DNA from: Spirochaetota bacterium
GTDB lineage: Bacteria; Spirochaetota; UBA4802; JAFGDQ01
Reading direction: 5' to 3'
DNA length: 64,000 nt
Assembly: GCA_043803405.1 (NCBI GenBank)
Contig: JAZDKB010000019.1
Coordinates: forward strand, 128,001-192,000
Part shown: one piece after another, positions 18,602 to 29,569 of the stretch
How positions within the stretch are numbered: the first letter of the stretch is position 1
Layout of the letters: each line of letters opens with the position of its first letter
Notes under the pieces: model-generated
Told to the model about the DNA's origin: nothing
The model's input: only the letters and a program-made list of their open reading frames with translations
Databases searched by the model: none
Translations under genes and position numbers: made by a program

Positions 18602-20308
18602 ATGAATCAATATGATATTATAGCAGCAATCGTATTTTTTGCTGTACTGATCGCTCTTGCAATCCCGCTGGGAAAATATATGGCCGGAGTATACAATGGC
18701 GAGCGCAGCTTTATGAGCGCGTTTCTCCTGCCGGTTGAGAAAGCAATTTACCGCGTTTGCGGGGTAAACGAGTCGGAAGAGATGCCGTGGAAAACGTACG
18801 CATTGGCATTCATAATCTTTAACATTATCGGCATTATTTTTTTAATGCTTCTTCAGATGATACAGGGATATCTGCCGCTGAATCCGCAGAAACTTGCGGG
18901 CGTTCGCTGGGATACTGCTTTTAACACCGCGGTTTCATTTGTCACAAACACAAACTGGCAGTCATACGGCGGGGAATCAACCATGAGTTATCTGACTCAG
19001 ATGCTAGGGCTTGCTGTGCAAAACTTTTTGTCTGCAGCCATAGGCATGGCTGTGGCTCTTCCGCTGATTAGGAGTTTTATCCGGAAAGAGAGGGACACAG
19101 TCGGAAATATATGGGTGGATTTAACGCGATCTGTACTTTATATTCTGCTGCCGCTTTCAATTGTTGTCGGCATCCTGCTTATGTCGCAGGGTGTTGTTCA
19201 GAACTTAAGCCCGTATGTTACGGCAGACACAATAGAGGGGAGCAGACAAATAATTCCAATGGGGCCTGCCGCATCGCAGGTCGCCATTAAGCAACTTGGC
19301 TCTAACGGAGGCGGATTTTTTAACGCGAACTCGGCGCACCCGTTTGAGAACCCGACGTTTTTATCCAACATAATCGAAAATTTTTCAATATTATTCATAC
19401 CGATGGCCTTTGTATTTATGTTCGGATTTATGATAAAAAATTCAAAGCAGGGCAGAGCGCTTTTTTATGCCATGCTGATATTGTTCGTAATCGGTTTTAC
19501 AGTAATACTCTATACGGAATTTATGCCGAATCCGAATTTTACGAAAATCGGATTAATAACAGGCGGAAACATGGAAGGCAAGGAAACACGCTTCGGCGTT
19601 TTCTGGTCCGCGCTCTGGAGCCAGTCCACTACTGCTACTTCGAACGGATCGGTAAACAGCATGCACGACAGCTTTATGCCTCTTGGCGGAATGATACAGA
19701 TGTTCAACATCGGTATAGGCGAAGTGATTTTCGGCGGAGTGGGTGTAGGGCTCATAGGGATGCTTTTCTATGTAATATTATCCATGTTCATTGCCGGGCT
19801 TATGATCGGCAGGACGCCCGAATTCATGGGTAAAAAATTCGGACCTTACGAAATGGTAATGTCAATGATCTCAATGCTTTTGCCCATGATCTCAATGGTA
19901 ATTTTTTCTGCAATTGCAGTCTCAACAAAGGCAGGGCTTTCAGGCCTTAATAATCCGTCATCGCACGGGCTTTCGGAAATACTATACGCATTTTCTTCCG
20001 GGCACGGTAATAACGGTTCAGCGTTTGCAGGGTTAAATGCAAATACGGTATTTTACAATACGACAATAGGCGTGGCAATACTTATAGGCCGTTTCGCGAC
20101 AGTAATACCTGCGCTTGCTGTAGCGGGCTCGCTGGCGAAGAAGAAAACAGTCCCGTTCGGCAGCACTACATTCCCGACAACAGGGCCGATGTTCATTATA
20201 ATACTTATAAGCGTGATTTTTATAATGGGCGCACTTACATTCTTCCCTGTTTATTCGCTTGGCCCTATCCTGGAACATTTTTTTATTAGTGAAATGAAAT
20301 TATTTTAA
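18602..20308 (+). CDS. kdpA: K+-transporting ATPase subunit A
   Basis: SFVTNTNWQSY, KQLGSNGGG, SAHPFENP, SNGSVNSMHDS, NNGSAFAG. Confidence 0.98.
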   Translation: MNQYDIIAAIVFFAVLIALAIPLGKYMAGVYNGERSFMSAFLLPVEKAIYRVCGVNESEEMPWKTYALAFIIFNIIGIIFLMLLQMIQGYLPLNPQKLAGVRWDTAFNTAVSFVTNTNWQSYGGESTMSYLTQMLGLAVQNFLSAAIGMAVALPLIRSFIRKERDTVGNIWVDLTRSVLYILLPLSIVVGILLMSQGVVQNLSPYVTADTIEGSRQIIPMGPAASQVAIKQLGSNGGGFFNANSAHPFENPTFLSNIIENFSILFIPMAFVFMFGFMIKNSKQGRALFYAMLILFVIGFTVILYTEFMPNPNFTKIGLITGGNMEGKETRFGVFWSALWSQSTTATSNGSVNSMHDSFMPLGGMIQMFNIGIGEVIFGGVGVGLIGMLFYVILSMFIAGLMIGRTPEFMGKKFGPYEMVMSMISMLLPMISMVIFSAIAVSTKAGLSGLNNPSSHGLSEILYAFSSGHGNNGSAFAGLNANTVFYNTTIGVAILIGRFATVIPALAVAGSLAKKKTVPFGSTTFPTTGPMFIIILISVIFIMGALTFFPVYSLGPILEHFFISEMKLF

Positions 20309-20321
20309 TGGAGATAAAACA

Positions 20322-22343
20322 ATGACATTATGGCAATCTAAATTCATCATACGGGGAATCAGGGACGCGTTTATAAGGCTTAATCCTCTTATCCTATATA
20401 GAAATATCGTTATGCTTATTGTTGAAACAGGCGCAGTTATTACAACCGGTATCACAATCGGATATATTGTCAGCGGGCAGAGTTACGCTTTGGGCATTCA
20501 GGTGAGTATTTGGTTCTGGCTTACGGTGCTGTTTTCAAATTTTGCGGAAGCGCTTGCTGAGATCCAGGGAACCGCGAGGGCTGAGTCTTTAAGGAGTACG
20601 CGCAAAGAGCTGACAGCATTAAAAAAGACTGAAAACGGAAAATCGGAAGAAGTATCCGCAGGTGATTTAAGGAAGGGTGATATAATAATCGTCCGGGAAC
20701 AGGAGACGATCCCGGGAGACGGCGATATCATTGAAGGCACGGCACTGGTGGATGAATCCGCGATAACAGGCGAATCTGCTCCGGTTATAAGAGAGTCGGG
20801 CGGGGACAGGTGCGGTGTGACAGGCGGGACAAAAGTTCTTTCGGGAACAATAACAGTTAAAATTACGGTTAATCCGGGCGAGACTTTCCTTGATAAAATG
20901 ATAGGGATGGTTGAAAGCGCGAAAAGGCAAAAGACTCCTAACGAGGTCGCACTGGAAATACTGCTTGTAAGCCTTACGGTTCTTTTTCTGGTGATCGTGT
21001 TCACACTGCCGGCTTTTGCCTCTTACATGAGAATATCGGTATCTATCCCGGTTTTAATCTCTCTTCTGGTATGTCTTATGCCTACAACGATAGGCGGCCT
21101 ATTGCCCGCGATAGGAATCGCGGGCATGGACAGGCTTCTAGCGCACAATGTTATTACTGTGAGCGGCAGGGCCGTCGAAGCATCGGGCGATGTGACTACT
21201 GTCCTTCTGGACAAGACAGGCACAATTACGCTGGGAAACAGAATGGCTACCGACTTTATACCGGCAGATGGAGTATGCCTAAAGGATCTCGCGGAGGCGG
21301 CCCTGTTTTCATCACTTGCCGATGAAACTCCCGAGGGGCGAAGCATTGTTGTACTGGCAAAAAACGAACTCGGAATACACGGACGCGATATACGCCAGCC
21401 GGAAGGATCAACCTTTGTTCCTTTTACTCCCGAATCCGCAATGAGCGGAATAAACCTGCTGAATAAAAAAATCCGGAAAGGTTCATATAAGTCGATTGAA
21501 GAGTATCTGAAAAATTCAGGCTCATCAATTCCCGCTGCTATCGGCAACGAGGTTGACCGGATAAGCACTTCGGGCGGAACTCCGCTGGTTGTTGTGGAAA
21601 ATAATACATGCATCGGCATCATACAGTTAAGAGATGTTGTTAAGCAGGGAATTGCAGCGCGCTTATCCGACCTTCGCAGAATGGGAATCAAGTCTGTGAT
21701 GATAACCGGCGATAATCCGCTTACCGCGGTTTCCATAGCAGCTGAGGCCGGGCTGGACGATTTCCTCGCGCAGGCGAAACCGGAGACAAAGCTCGACGTG
21801 ATAAGAAAATATCAAAGCGGCGGTCATCTTGTTGCGATGATAGGCGACGGTACCAACGACGCACCTGCGCTCGCGCAGGCAGATGTCGCAGTAGCAATGA
21901 ATGCCGGTACGCAGGCAGCGCGCGAGGCTGCGAATATGATCGATCTCGATTCCAATCCGACAAAGCTTCTGGATATAGTTGAAATCGGAAAAGAAATACT
22001 GATTACGCGCGGTGCGCTCACAACGTTCAGCATCGCCAATGATGTCGCAAAATATTTCGCGATTATCCCTGCCATCTTTGCGGTAAAATATCCGGAACTG
22101 GGTATTCTGAATGTCATGCATCTTACTAACCCGGCAACAGCAGTACTCTCTGCCGTAATTTTTAACGCGATTATTATCCCATCTCTTATTCCGCTTGCCC
22201 TTCGCGGAGTTAAATACCGGTTTACGTCAGTATCGTACTTGCTTCAGAGGAATTTTTTTATTTACGGTATCGGGGGTATTATATTGCCGTTTATAGGTAT
22301 TAAGTGTATTGATTTTTTAATTGCATTACTAGGTCTGGTGTAG
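20322..22343 (+). CDS. kdpB: K+-transporting ATPase subunit B (P-type)
   Basis: TGES, PTTIGGLL, DKTGTIT phosphorylation site, GDGTND, TTFSIANDVAKYF. Confidence 0.98.
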   Translation: MTLWQSKFIIRGIRDAFIRLNPLILYRNIVMLIVETGAVITTGITIGYIVSGQSYALGIQVSIWFWLTVLFSNFAEALAEIQGTARAESLRSTRKELTALKKTENGKSEEVSAGDLRKGDIIIVREQETIPGDGDIIEGTALVDESAITGESAPVIRESGGDRCGVTGGTKVLSGTITVKITVNPGETFLDKMIGMVESAKRQKTPNEVALEILLVSLTVLFLVIVFTLPAFASYMRISVSIPVLISLLVCLMPTTIGGLLPAIGIAGMDRLLAHNVITVSGRAVEASGDVTTVLLDKTGTITLGNRMATDFIPADGVCLKDLAEAALFSSLADETPEGRSIVVLAKNELGIHGRDIRQPEGSTFVPFTPESAMSGINLLNKKIRKGSYKSIEEYLKNSGSSIPAAIGNEVDRISTSGGTPLVVVENNTCIGIIQLRDVVKQGIAARLSDLRRMGIKSVMITGDNPLTAVSIAAEAGLDDFLAQAKPETKLDVIRKYQSGGHLVAMIGDGTNDAPALAQADVAVAMNAGTQAAREAANMIDLDSNPTKLLDIVEIGKEILITRGALTTFSIANDVAKYFAIIPAIFAVKYPELGILNVMHLTNPATAVLSAVIFNAIIIPSLIPLALRGVKYRFTSVSYLLQRNFFIYGIGGIILPFIGIKCIDFLIALLGLV

Positions 22344-22354
22344 GAGATTATATT

Positions 22355-22915
22355 ATGAAACAATTTAAAATTTCTTTTTTAATATTTCTGATAATGTCAG
22401 TTCTTCTGGGCGTAATTTATCCGCTTGTAATGACAGGAATTGCGGAGATCGCATTATCAAAAAAGGCTAACGGCAGTCTGATCAAAATAAATAATGTTGT
22501 TTCCGGTTCCGAATTAATCGGGCAGAATTTTTCGGGGCAAAGATATTTTCACGGAAGGCCGTCCGCAAATAACTATGACGGCGTTAATTCCGGAGGGTCT
22601 AATTTCGGGCCTACAAATAAAAAGCTTATTGACCAGGCGGTTAATTATGCAGACCGTATAAGAAAAGAAAACGGTCTGGCATCGGACGCAAAAATTCCGT
22701 CTGACCTTACGCTCGCTTCCGGGAGCGGCCTTGACCCGCATATAAGACTTGATTCAGCAATGCTGCAGGCGCCGCGTATTGCACGAGAACGAAAAATAAA
22801 TGAATCGGTTATTAACGATCTTATCAAAAAGAATAGAGAAAGGCGATATTTCGGATTATCAGGAGATTCATTTGTAAATGTGTTAAAATTGAATATCGCG
22901 CTGGATTCTATGTAA
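22355..22915 (+). CDS. kdpC: K+-transporting ATPase subunit C
   Basis: ANGSLI, GSELIGQ.F, YFHGRPS, SGSGLDPHI, VNVLKLNIALD. Confidence 0.97.
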   Translation: MKQFKISFLIFLIMSVLLGVIYPLVMTGIAEIALSKKANGSLIKINNVVSGSELIGQNFSGQRYFHGRPSANNYDGVNSGGSNFGPTNKKLIDQAVNYADRIRKENGLASDAKIPSDLTLASGSGLDPHIRLDSAMLQAPRIARERKINESVINDLIKKNRERRYFGLSGDSFVNVLKLNIALDSM

Positions 22916-22920
22916 GAATT

Positions 22921-23064
22921 GCCCCCCTAACCCCCGGAGGGGGGCACCGGCTTGGAAGGATTTAGCAATGTGTCTCGATGTTTTCTCCAATTAATAGGGA
23001 AAGCGGGAGTAAAATAGAATTATTTTGCAGATTGATTTTGTGCCCCCTCTGGGGGTTAGGGGGC
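22921..23064. repeat. G/C-run inverted-repeat element between kdpC and kdpD
   Basis: GCCCCCCTAACCCCCGGAGGGGGGCAC (22921-22947) / GTGCCCCCTCTGGGGGTTAGGGGGC (23040-23064). Confidence 0.8.
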
Positions 23065-23121
23065 CGAAATGGCAATTGCGATTATATTCACAATTGGCCG
23101 CTGTAAATAAAATACAGGCAG

Positions 23122-25833
23122 ATGTTTAACAACATGACAAACGATTACAAAAGACCTGACCCGGACGCTATCCTGCGGTCAATAAAAGATGATGAGAAGA
23201 AAAGCGAAAGAGCCGGCAAACTAAAAATCTTTTTCGGCATGGCCGCAGGAGTCGGCAAGACTTATGCAATGCTCGAATCTGCTCAGCGCCTGACCCGCGA
23301 AGGCGCCGATGTTGTCGTCGGATACGCTGAAACCCACAGCCGGATCGAAACTGAAGAACTGCTAAAAGGCCTTGAAATTATACCCCGCAAAAAAAATATC
23401 TACAGGGGCATTACTATAGAGGAATTCGATATCGATGCTTTATTGGCCAGAAAGCCGGCCATTGCGCTTGTAGATGAGCTGGCGCATACAAATGCCGAAG
23501 GATCACGGCATGCTAAGCGATATCAGGACGTTGTTGAACTTCTCGATAACGGGATTAACGTCCACACTACTTTAAACGTTCAGCATCTCGAAAGCCAGGC
23601 GGATGTAGTTGAAAAGATAACCGGGATTAAGATACGTGAAACCATTCCGGATTCGATCCTTGACCTCGCGGACGAAATTGAACTGGTAGATATTCCGACT
23701 GAAGAGCTTTTAAAGCGGCTCGCGGAGGGTAAAGTATACGTACCGGAAAAAGCCGGACTCGCTGCGGATCGTTTTTTTAAAAAGAGCAATATAAGTGCTT
23801 TACGGGAAATGGCGCTTAATTACACTGCTCGCCGCGTAGGATACGAACTTAGAAATTACACGCAGAAAAAGAATATCAAAGGTCCGTGGAAATCAGGTGA
23901 GCGTCTTTTAGTCGCAGTCGGGCCCGGGCCGTACTCGGAATACCTTATCCGCTGGACGCGGAGAATCGCGTTTAACTCAAACATTCCGTGGATTGCCTTG
24001 TATATTGAACAGCAAAAAAAGCTTTCGAAAACAGCGGAGGAAAACCTTACAAAGAATTTAAATCTTGCGCAGGAACTGGGTGCAGAAATTATTTCAACTG
24101 CCGACGAAGATATCGTGAATGGCCTGCTGCGGACTGCGGAAAAGATGAACATTACTCAAATCGTAATCGGAAAACCCTTGCGGAAATATTTTTCCGACTT
24201 TATCTCAGGCGGGAACATAGTAGAACGCCTGTTGAAATCGAGCGGCGACATTGAGATCCATGTTGTGACACAACCGGAGGATGTTCATAAAAAAAAGAAG
24301 TCCAGATTGTTCAGAAATTATTCATACGACTCGGCATTTGCAGAATACATCAAAGGAATCTCTGCAGTCGCAATCGTTACTCTTGTGAGCCTGCTTCTTG
24401 TGACTGTTACAGGATACTGGACAATCGCCCTTATTTATCTTTTAAGCGTAGTTATAGTTTCGCTTTTTATCGGGAGATGGCCGGTATTATTAACGGCAGC
24501 CTTAAGCGCTTTATTATGGAATTATTTATTTATACCGCCGTTATTTACTTTTCAGATAAGCAAACCTGAAGATGCGCTTATGTTTGTGATGTATTTTGTG
24601 GTTGCGGTGATACTTGGATATCTTACATCAAAACTAAGGCTAAAGGAGCAGGCGCTGAGGATACGCGAACAGAGGATTTCCGATCTGTACGAGTTTTCAA
24701 GAGCGCTCAGCACAGCATTCGGTACCGACGAAGTTATAAGCGCGGCAATAGTATATATTGAGGACTATTTTAAATCCAGGGTTGCTGTTTTTTTAGCCGA
24801 TGAATCAGGAGAATCTCTGAACAATCCTCATCCGGGAAGCAGTCTCAATATAAATGAAAAGGAAAGAGTAGTCGCTGAATGGTCGTTTAAAAATAAAAAG
24901 CCGGCAGGTCTTTTTACGAATACACTGCCGCAGAGCCTCGCTCATTATATTCCTCTTGCCTCTCCCGGAAGCGTAGTAGGTGTTATAGGTTTTCAGCCGT
25001 ATGCCGAATCTGTTTTTAATCTTGAACAGCAGACTTTTTTTCAGAACATTGCTTATCAGCTGTCAATTCGTCTTGAGCGGGAAAATCTTTCTCTTGTAAA
25101 CCAGAAAGCTTTGCTGGCAACGGAGTCCGAGCGCCTGTATAAAATACTTTTAAATTCCGTATCGCACGAGTTTCGCACTCCGCTGACCACAATAACAGGG
25201 GCTTCGAGCACGCTGCTCGATCAAATCGCCGGGGACAAGCCGGAAAACAGGCTTGAACTTGCCGGGGAGATAAAGAAAGCGGGTGAAACGCTGAACGCTC
25301 TTGTGGAAAATCTGCTCGATATGAGCCGTCTGGATTCAGGCAGGCTCAAACTGAATCCGGACTGGAACGATATTTCCGATATACTTGGAACCATACTCAA
25401 CAGGCTCGATTCGTATTTAAAAATTCATCCTGTAACAATACTTTGTCCTGATGACATTCCGCTGGTACGCGTAGATTACACTCTGCTGATGCAGGCTCTG
25501 TACTGCATTGTGCATAATGCGTTTGTGCACACTGAAAACGGCACACCTGTCAGGATATTCGTATCAAGAGCCGAACGGGGAAACGGCATCACCATTATTA
25601 TTGAGGATGATGGAAAGGGATTGCCGCTGAAAGATATCGATAAGCTTTTCGGTAAATTCTACCGCGCAGAAAAATCTCAATCGGGCGGCGGTCTCGGATT
25701 AGGGCTTTCGATAAGCAAGGGCATTATCGAGCTTCACGGGGGGCGCATACAGGCGGAAAATAAAATGCCTTCGGGGGCGCGTTTTATTATACATCTGCCG
25801 GTTGAGACGAAAGAAAAAAAAGAGCATATATAA
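23122..25833 (+). CDS. kdpD: sensor histidine kinase KdpD
   Basis: GMAAGVGKTYAML, VDELAHTN, USP region, 4 TM, GAF, SHEFRTPLT, HATPase GLGLGLSI. Confidence 0.97.
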   Translation: MFNNMTNDYKRPDPDAILRSIKDDEKKSERAGKLKIFFGMAAGVGKTYAMLESAQRLTREGADVVVGYAETHSRIETEELLKGLEIIPRKKNIYRGITIEEFDIDALLARKPAIALVDELAHTNAEGSRHAKRYQDVVELLDNGINVHTTLNVQHLESQADVVEKITGIKIRETIPDSILDLADEIELVDIPTEELLKRLAEGKVYVPEKAGLAADRFFKKSNISALREMALNYTARRVGYELRNYTQKKNIKGPWKSGERLLVAVGPGPYSEYLIRWTRRIAFNSNIPWIALYIEQQKKLSKTAEENLTKNLNLAQELGAEIISTADEDIVNGLLRTAEKMNITQIVIGKPLRKYFSDFISGGNIVERLLKSSGDIEIHVVTQPEDVHKKKKSRLFRNYSYDSAFAEYIKGISAVAIVTLVSLLLVTVTGYWTIALIYLLSVVIVSLFIGRWPVLLTAALSALLWNYLFIPPLFTFQISKPEDALMFVMYFVVAVILGYLTSKLRLKEQALRIREQRISDLYEFSRALSTAFGTDEVISAAIVYIEDYFKSRVAVFLADESGESLNNPHPGSSLNINEKERVVAEWSFKNKKPAGLFTNTLPQSLAHYIPLASPGSVVGVIGFQPYAESVFNLEQQTFFQNIAYQLSIRLERENLSLVNQKALLATESERLYKILLNSVSHEFRTPLTTITGASSTLLDQIAGDKPENRLELAGEIKKAGETLNALVENLLDMSRLDSGRLKLNPDWNDISDILGTILNRLDSYLKIHPVTILCPDDIPLVRVDYTLLMQALYCIVHNAFVHTENGTPVRIFVSRAERGNGITIIIEDDGKGLPLKDIDKLFGKFYRAEKSQSGGGLGLGLSISKGIIELHGGRIQAENKMPSGARFIIHLPVETKEKKEHI

Positions 25834-25835
25834 AC

Positions 25836-26528
25836 ATGCTGAAAGAAACAATACTTATTATAGACGATGAAATCCAGATACGCAGATTTCTGAAAATCGG
25901 CCTCGAAAGCCAGGGGTATACCGTATACGAAGCGGAAAAAGGCGAAGAAGGGATTACCAATACCGTACTGAAGAAACCCGACCTCATCCTGCTCGACCTG
26001 AACCTCCCTGATATGAGCGGCGTGGATGTCCTTAAAAAGATCCGTGAATGGTATCACGCCCCTGTGATAGTTCTCACTGTGCGCGAGTCCGAGTATGATA
26101 AAATCGAACTGCTTGACAATGGCGCTGATGATTATCTTACTAAACCTTTTAATATGGGAGAGCTTCTTGCTCGCATCCGGGCAATTTTACGCAGGACAAA
26201 ACAGGAACCTCAAGCGCCGGTTTTTCAATACAGGGGAATTGTAATCGATTTTTCAAAAAGAAATGTTTCAATAAACGGCGAGAATGTAAAATTTACTCCG
26301 CTTGAATACGAACTTTTAAAATTATTCGCAAAAAATCACGGCAAAGTTCTTACGCAAAGACAGATCATGAAAGAAATATGGGGACCTGGAATGGAGAGTG
26401 AAACCAACTATCTCCGCGTTTATATTGCAGCAATAAGAAAAAAGATTGAGAAGGATCCTTCGCGTCCGAAAATACTTATCACTGAGCCTGCAGTAGGTTA
26501 CAGATTTGTTTTTGATGAGACAGGGTAA
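25836..26528 (+). CDS. kdpE: response regulator KdpE (OmpR family)
   Basis: Receiver DD..D..K plus winged helix YLRVYI..IRKKIE.DPS.P..TEP.VGYR. Confidence 0.95.
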   Translation: MLKETILIIDDEIQIRRFLKIGLESQGYTVYEAEKGEEGITNTVLKKPDLILLDLNLPDMSGVDVLKKIREWYHAPVIVLTVRESEYDKIELLDNGADDYLTKPFNMGELLARIRAILRRTKQEPQAPVFQYRGIVIDFSKRNVSINGENVKFTPLEYELLKLFAKNHGKVLTQRQIMKEIWGPGMESETNYLRVYIAAIRKKIEKDPSRPKILITEPAVGYRFVFDETG

Positions 26529-26576
26529 TCACTCTTAATAATATTTTTCAACTCTGACTTTATCTGCATTATTGTA

Positions 26577-27059
26577 CTATTTTTTGCCGGCATTTATCTT
26601 TTCCGTTTCTTCAGCTATCATCTTTTCAAGTTCGTTTATGTTGTCCTGAACTCTTTTCTGGCCCAGCGCAGCGCCCTCTGCAGTTAACACCGGCAGAAGC
26701 ATTGCTGTCTTTTTCCCCAGCGGCGTCTGGTAAAATTCTTTTAATTTGTTGATCTCTTCAACAGTAAATTTGTCGGTGTATATTTTAGCCATCTCCTTTT
26801 TCAGGCTCTCCCATCCCATATACTTATCGAAAAAACTGAGCATAACGTTTCTGTATGGAGCAATTTTCGGATTTTGCTGAATTTGTAAATCCACCATTTT
26901 TACGATTGTCTGGCCGAATGTGTTTGCCAGGTCCATTGCGTCGAACAGTTCATATGCTGCTTTGGTGGAGGTTTCTTCTTCTGTCTTAGCTTTTACATTA
27001 GTGGAAATAAAAACAATTGCAACAGCAACAATCAATAACCATGAATTTAATTTACGCAT
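26577..27059 (-). CDS. DUF2059 domain secreted protein
   Basis: Signal peptide; Y..KFT.EEI..L.EFY.TPLGKK; RBS AGGAGG. Confidence 0.85.
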   Translation of the reverse strand: MRKLNSWLLIVAVAIVFISTNVKAKTEEETSTKAAYELFDAMDLANTFGQTIVKMVDLQIQQNPKIAPYRNVMLSFFDKYMGWESLKKEMAKIYTDKFTVEEINKLKEFYQTPLGKKTAMLLPVLTAEGAALGQKRVQDNINELEKMIAEETEKINAGKK

Positions 27060-27437
27060 TTTTCCTCCTTGGGTAATTAATTATTTAAAATATTTTGGAG
27101 CAATCCGTTTTTACGCGGGCTGCCCTGAACAAATGTAATTTTATTTGCCATTTTTTCTTTTCCTTATCTAATAAAATATTTACGGATTGGATGTGCTGTT
27201 TGCAGCGCCGGTTTTTAAATGCTGTTATCCGTTAATGAGTTGACGGCATTTATTAAATAATTTTTTATCTGCCGAGACAGGCTCTGGATTAATCCACACA
27301 TATTCTATTTTCCGTAACGGGAAAATGCAATCTATTTTCCCGTAAAATAATAATTCCATTTAAAAGCCTGTTAAAGTATAATAGGCTTTAGTTAATCATC
27401 AACTGTTATTTTTCTGATTTCAACAACGGATCGAACT

Positions 27438-28124
27438 ATGCCAATCGCAACATTGATAAATGCTCTCGCAATAATTGCCGGAAGTATTATAGGGATCATA
27501 TTCAAAGGCAGATTCCCGGATAAAATAAAAAATATTATCTTTCAGGCTATGGGATTATCGATCGTTTTATTAGGAATCCAGATGTTTCTTGAAGCAGAAA
27601 ACGTCCTTATTGTAATAATATCGCTTGTGATTGGAGGAATAGCAGGGGAGATGTTAAACCTTGAAATTAATTTTGAAAAGTTTATCGAATTCATCAAATC
27701 AAAATCCGGCTCAAAATTAACTTCCGGGAAGTTCTGTGAAGGATTGATAACAGCAACACTTATTTTCTGCGTAGGCTCAATGGCGATAGTCGGCTCAATA
27801 GATGAAGGACTACGCGGCAACAGAACTATAATACTAACCAAATCAATACTGGACGGATTCCTGTCAATAGCACTTGCTTCGTGTTACGGGATCGGAGTCC
27901 TGTTCTCGTCCATATTTATAATTTTATATCAGGGCTCAATTACAATAATTGCTCACTTCGCGCAGTCGTTTTTTACTCCGGTTATAATCGCGCAAATGAC
28001 GGCGTGCGGCGGAATAATGATAACCGGAATAGGCTTGAATATCCTTGAAATAAAAAAAATAAATGTTTTAAACCTGCTGCCCGGACTTATTATAGTTGTG
28101 ATATTAACTATATTTTTTTTATAA
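27438..28124 (+). CDS. DUF554 family membrane protein
   Basis: TLINA.AII.GS, FCVGSMAIVGS, KSILDG, YQG, NLLP. Confidence 0.9.
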   Translation: MPIATLINALAIIAGSIIGIIFKGRFPDKIKNIIFQAMGLSIVLLGIQMFLEAENVLIVIISLVIGGIAGEMLNLEINFEKFIEFIKSKSGSKLTSGKFCEGLITATLIFCVGSMAIVGSIDEGLRGNRTIILTKSILDGFLSIALASCYGIGVLFSSIFIILYQGSITIIAHFAQSFFTPVIIAQMTACGGIMITGIGLNILEIKKINVLNLLPGLIIVVILTIFFL

Positions 28125-28177
28125 TAATTATACAAATTTAAAACCAGACCAACTTGCATTTATTAATAATAAAAAAA

Positions 28178-29185
28178 TTATTTTTTATTATAGTACTCCG
28201 GATATAATTTTGCCGCGCAATCCGGGCAAAGCCCGTGGGTGAACTCAACCTGGGAATGATCATGAAAGTAACTCTCAAGCTGTTGCCAGTAACCGCTGTC
28301 ATCGCGTATCTTCTTGCAGGATGCGCAAATTGGCAGCAGGCCGCTTAATTGCTTTACCTCGCTGAGCGCGTGTTCAAGTTCCTTGTTTGCAGATTCCAGA
28401 TTGTCCTTTGTAATTATAAGCTGAGTATTTAAGCTTTCCAGTTCCCGGTTTCTCTGCTGAAGCTCTTCATGTGATCGCGTATGCTCCTTTATTTCCTGCT
28501 GGAGCTGCATATTAAGCTCTTTTTCCTTTTCCTTTTCTTCTGTTAAAACGGAATTAAGCGTCTCATTGCGGATACCCATTACAAGTGCGCCCAGGCTGGC
28601 GTCGTGCATCAGTTTTCCTGTCTGGTACAGAACGACTGTAAATACAAGTCCAAGTATTCCAATGATGGTATACACGGAACCGCCTTCGGCAAGCAATCTA
28701 AGCGATATCGGAACAACTGTCAGTAAAAGATATGGAAGATAGGATGGCGTCCATATACAATACTTTGCAACTGCAGAAGCTGCCAGGGATACAATACATA
28801 TAGGCCAGATTATCTGATGAACAACGGAATCGCCAGGCCACAAAAATGCTGACGGTAAAGCCCACATAATGCCGGAAGCTATAGTTCCAATAGTGTGCGT
28901 TCTTGCCCACCGGTTGATTCCTGTTCCTGATGGCTCCACGCGTTGAAAGGCTGCAATTGAAATAGCCCGTACAATGCTCAGTAAAACCAGTGTGCCCGAC
29001 CACAGTAAAAGCTTATAATGGGGAACTACCTGCCAGAGAGCGATGCAAACCGACACCATGATGATCATAATGCCGGCAAGGCCGCTCCATGTCTGCTTAT
29101 ATAACTGCCGAATCTGCGCTTCCCGGACTTTCAGCATTATATCAGCATTGTCCTTGGCATTCCATTTATCTGATAATTTATTCAT
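28178..29185 (-). CDS. membrane protein with coiled coil and C-terminal CxxC..HGxCxxC domain
   Basis: 5-6 hydrophobic helices, coiled coil, LPICASCKKIRDD..FTHGLCPDC. Confidence 0.8.
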   Translation of the reverse strand: MNKLSDKWNAKDNADIMLKVREAQIRQLYKQTWSGLAGIMIIMVSVCIALWQVVPHYKLLLWSGTLVLLSIVRAISIAAFQRVEPSGTGINRWARTHTIGTIASGIMWALPSAFLWPGDSVVHQIIWPICIVSLAASAVAKYCIWTPSYLPYLLLTVVPISLRLLAEGGSVYTIIGILGLVFTVVLYQTGKLMHDASLGALVMGIRNETLNSVLTEEKEKEKELNMQLQQEIKEHTRSHEELQQRNRELESLNTQLIITKDNLESANKELEHALSEVKQLSGLLPICASCKKIRDDSGYWQQLESYFHDHSQVEFTHGLCPDCAAKLYPEYYNKK

Positions 29186-29569
29186 TCATCTTTAATTATC
29201 TCTGATCTTTTATAATCGTTTAAATATGAAGGATGCTTCTCATGTTCAGGCTTACAATTTTTAATTATTATAATTATAACACTTAAGTATTACTTATTTT
29301 ATTAATGTCAATTTATTTATTCTAATTCTTCTGAACGAAAGTTTATATACCCTGTAATTTTATATTTAAGACTGGGATTCAATATCGGATGCAATTGCTC
29401 AGATATAGCTGTCATATTTTATATTAATGGAATACGTTAGAAAATCGTGAATATATATAACAATATCTATTATTTAATAATCAAAGAAGCCGTGAATTGA
29501 CATATCCGGGTTTTTAAATAAAATGCTTATCTATAATATTAAATAAATGATATTAAAAGGAGCATTTAA

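Noticed and set aside
18556..18615. Short ORF upstream of kdpA as kdpF
   Set aside because: Peptide (MRNKPNAVFLGLRREYESI) is not hydrophobic and lacks the KdpF YL..AL..PE.F pattern
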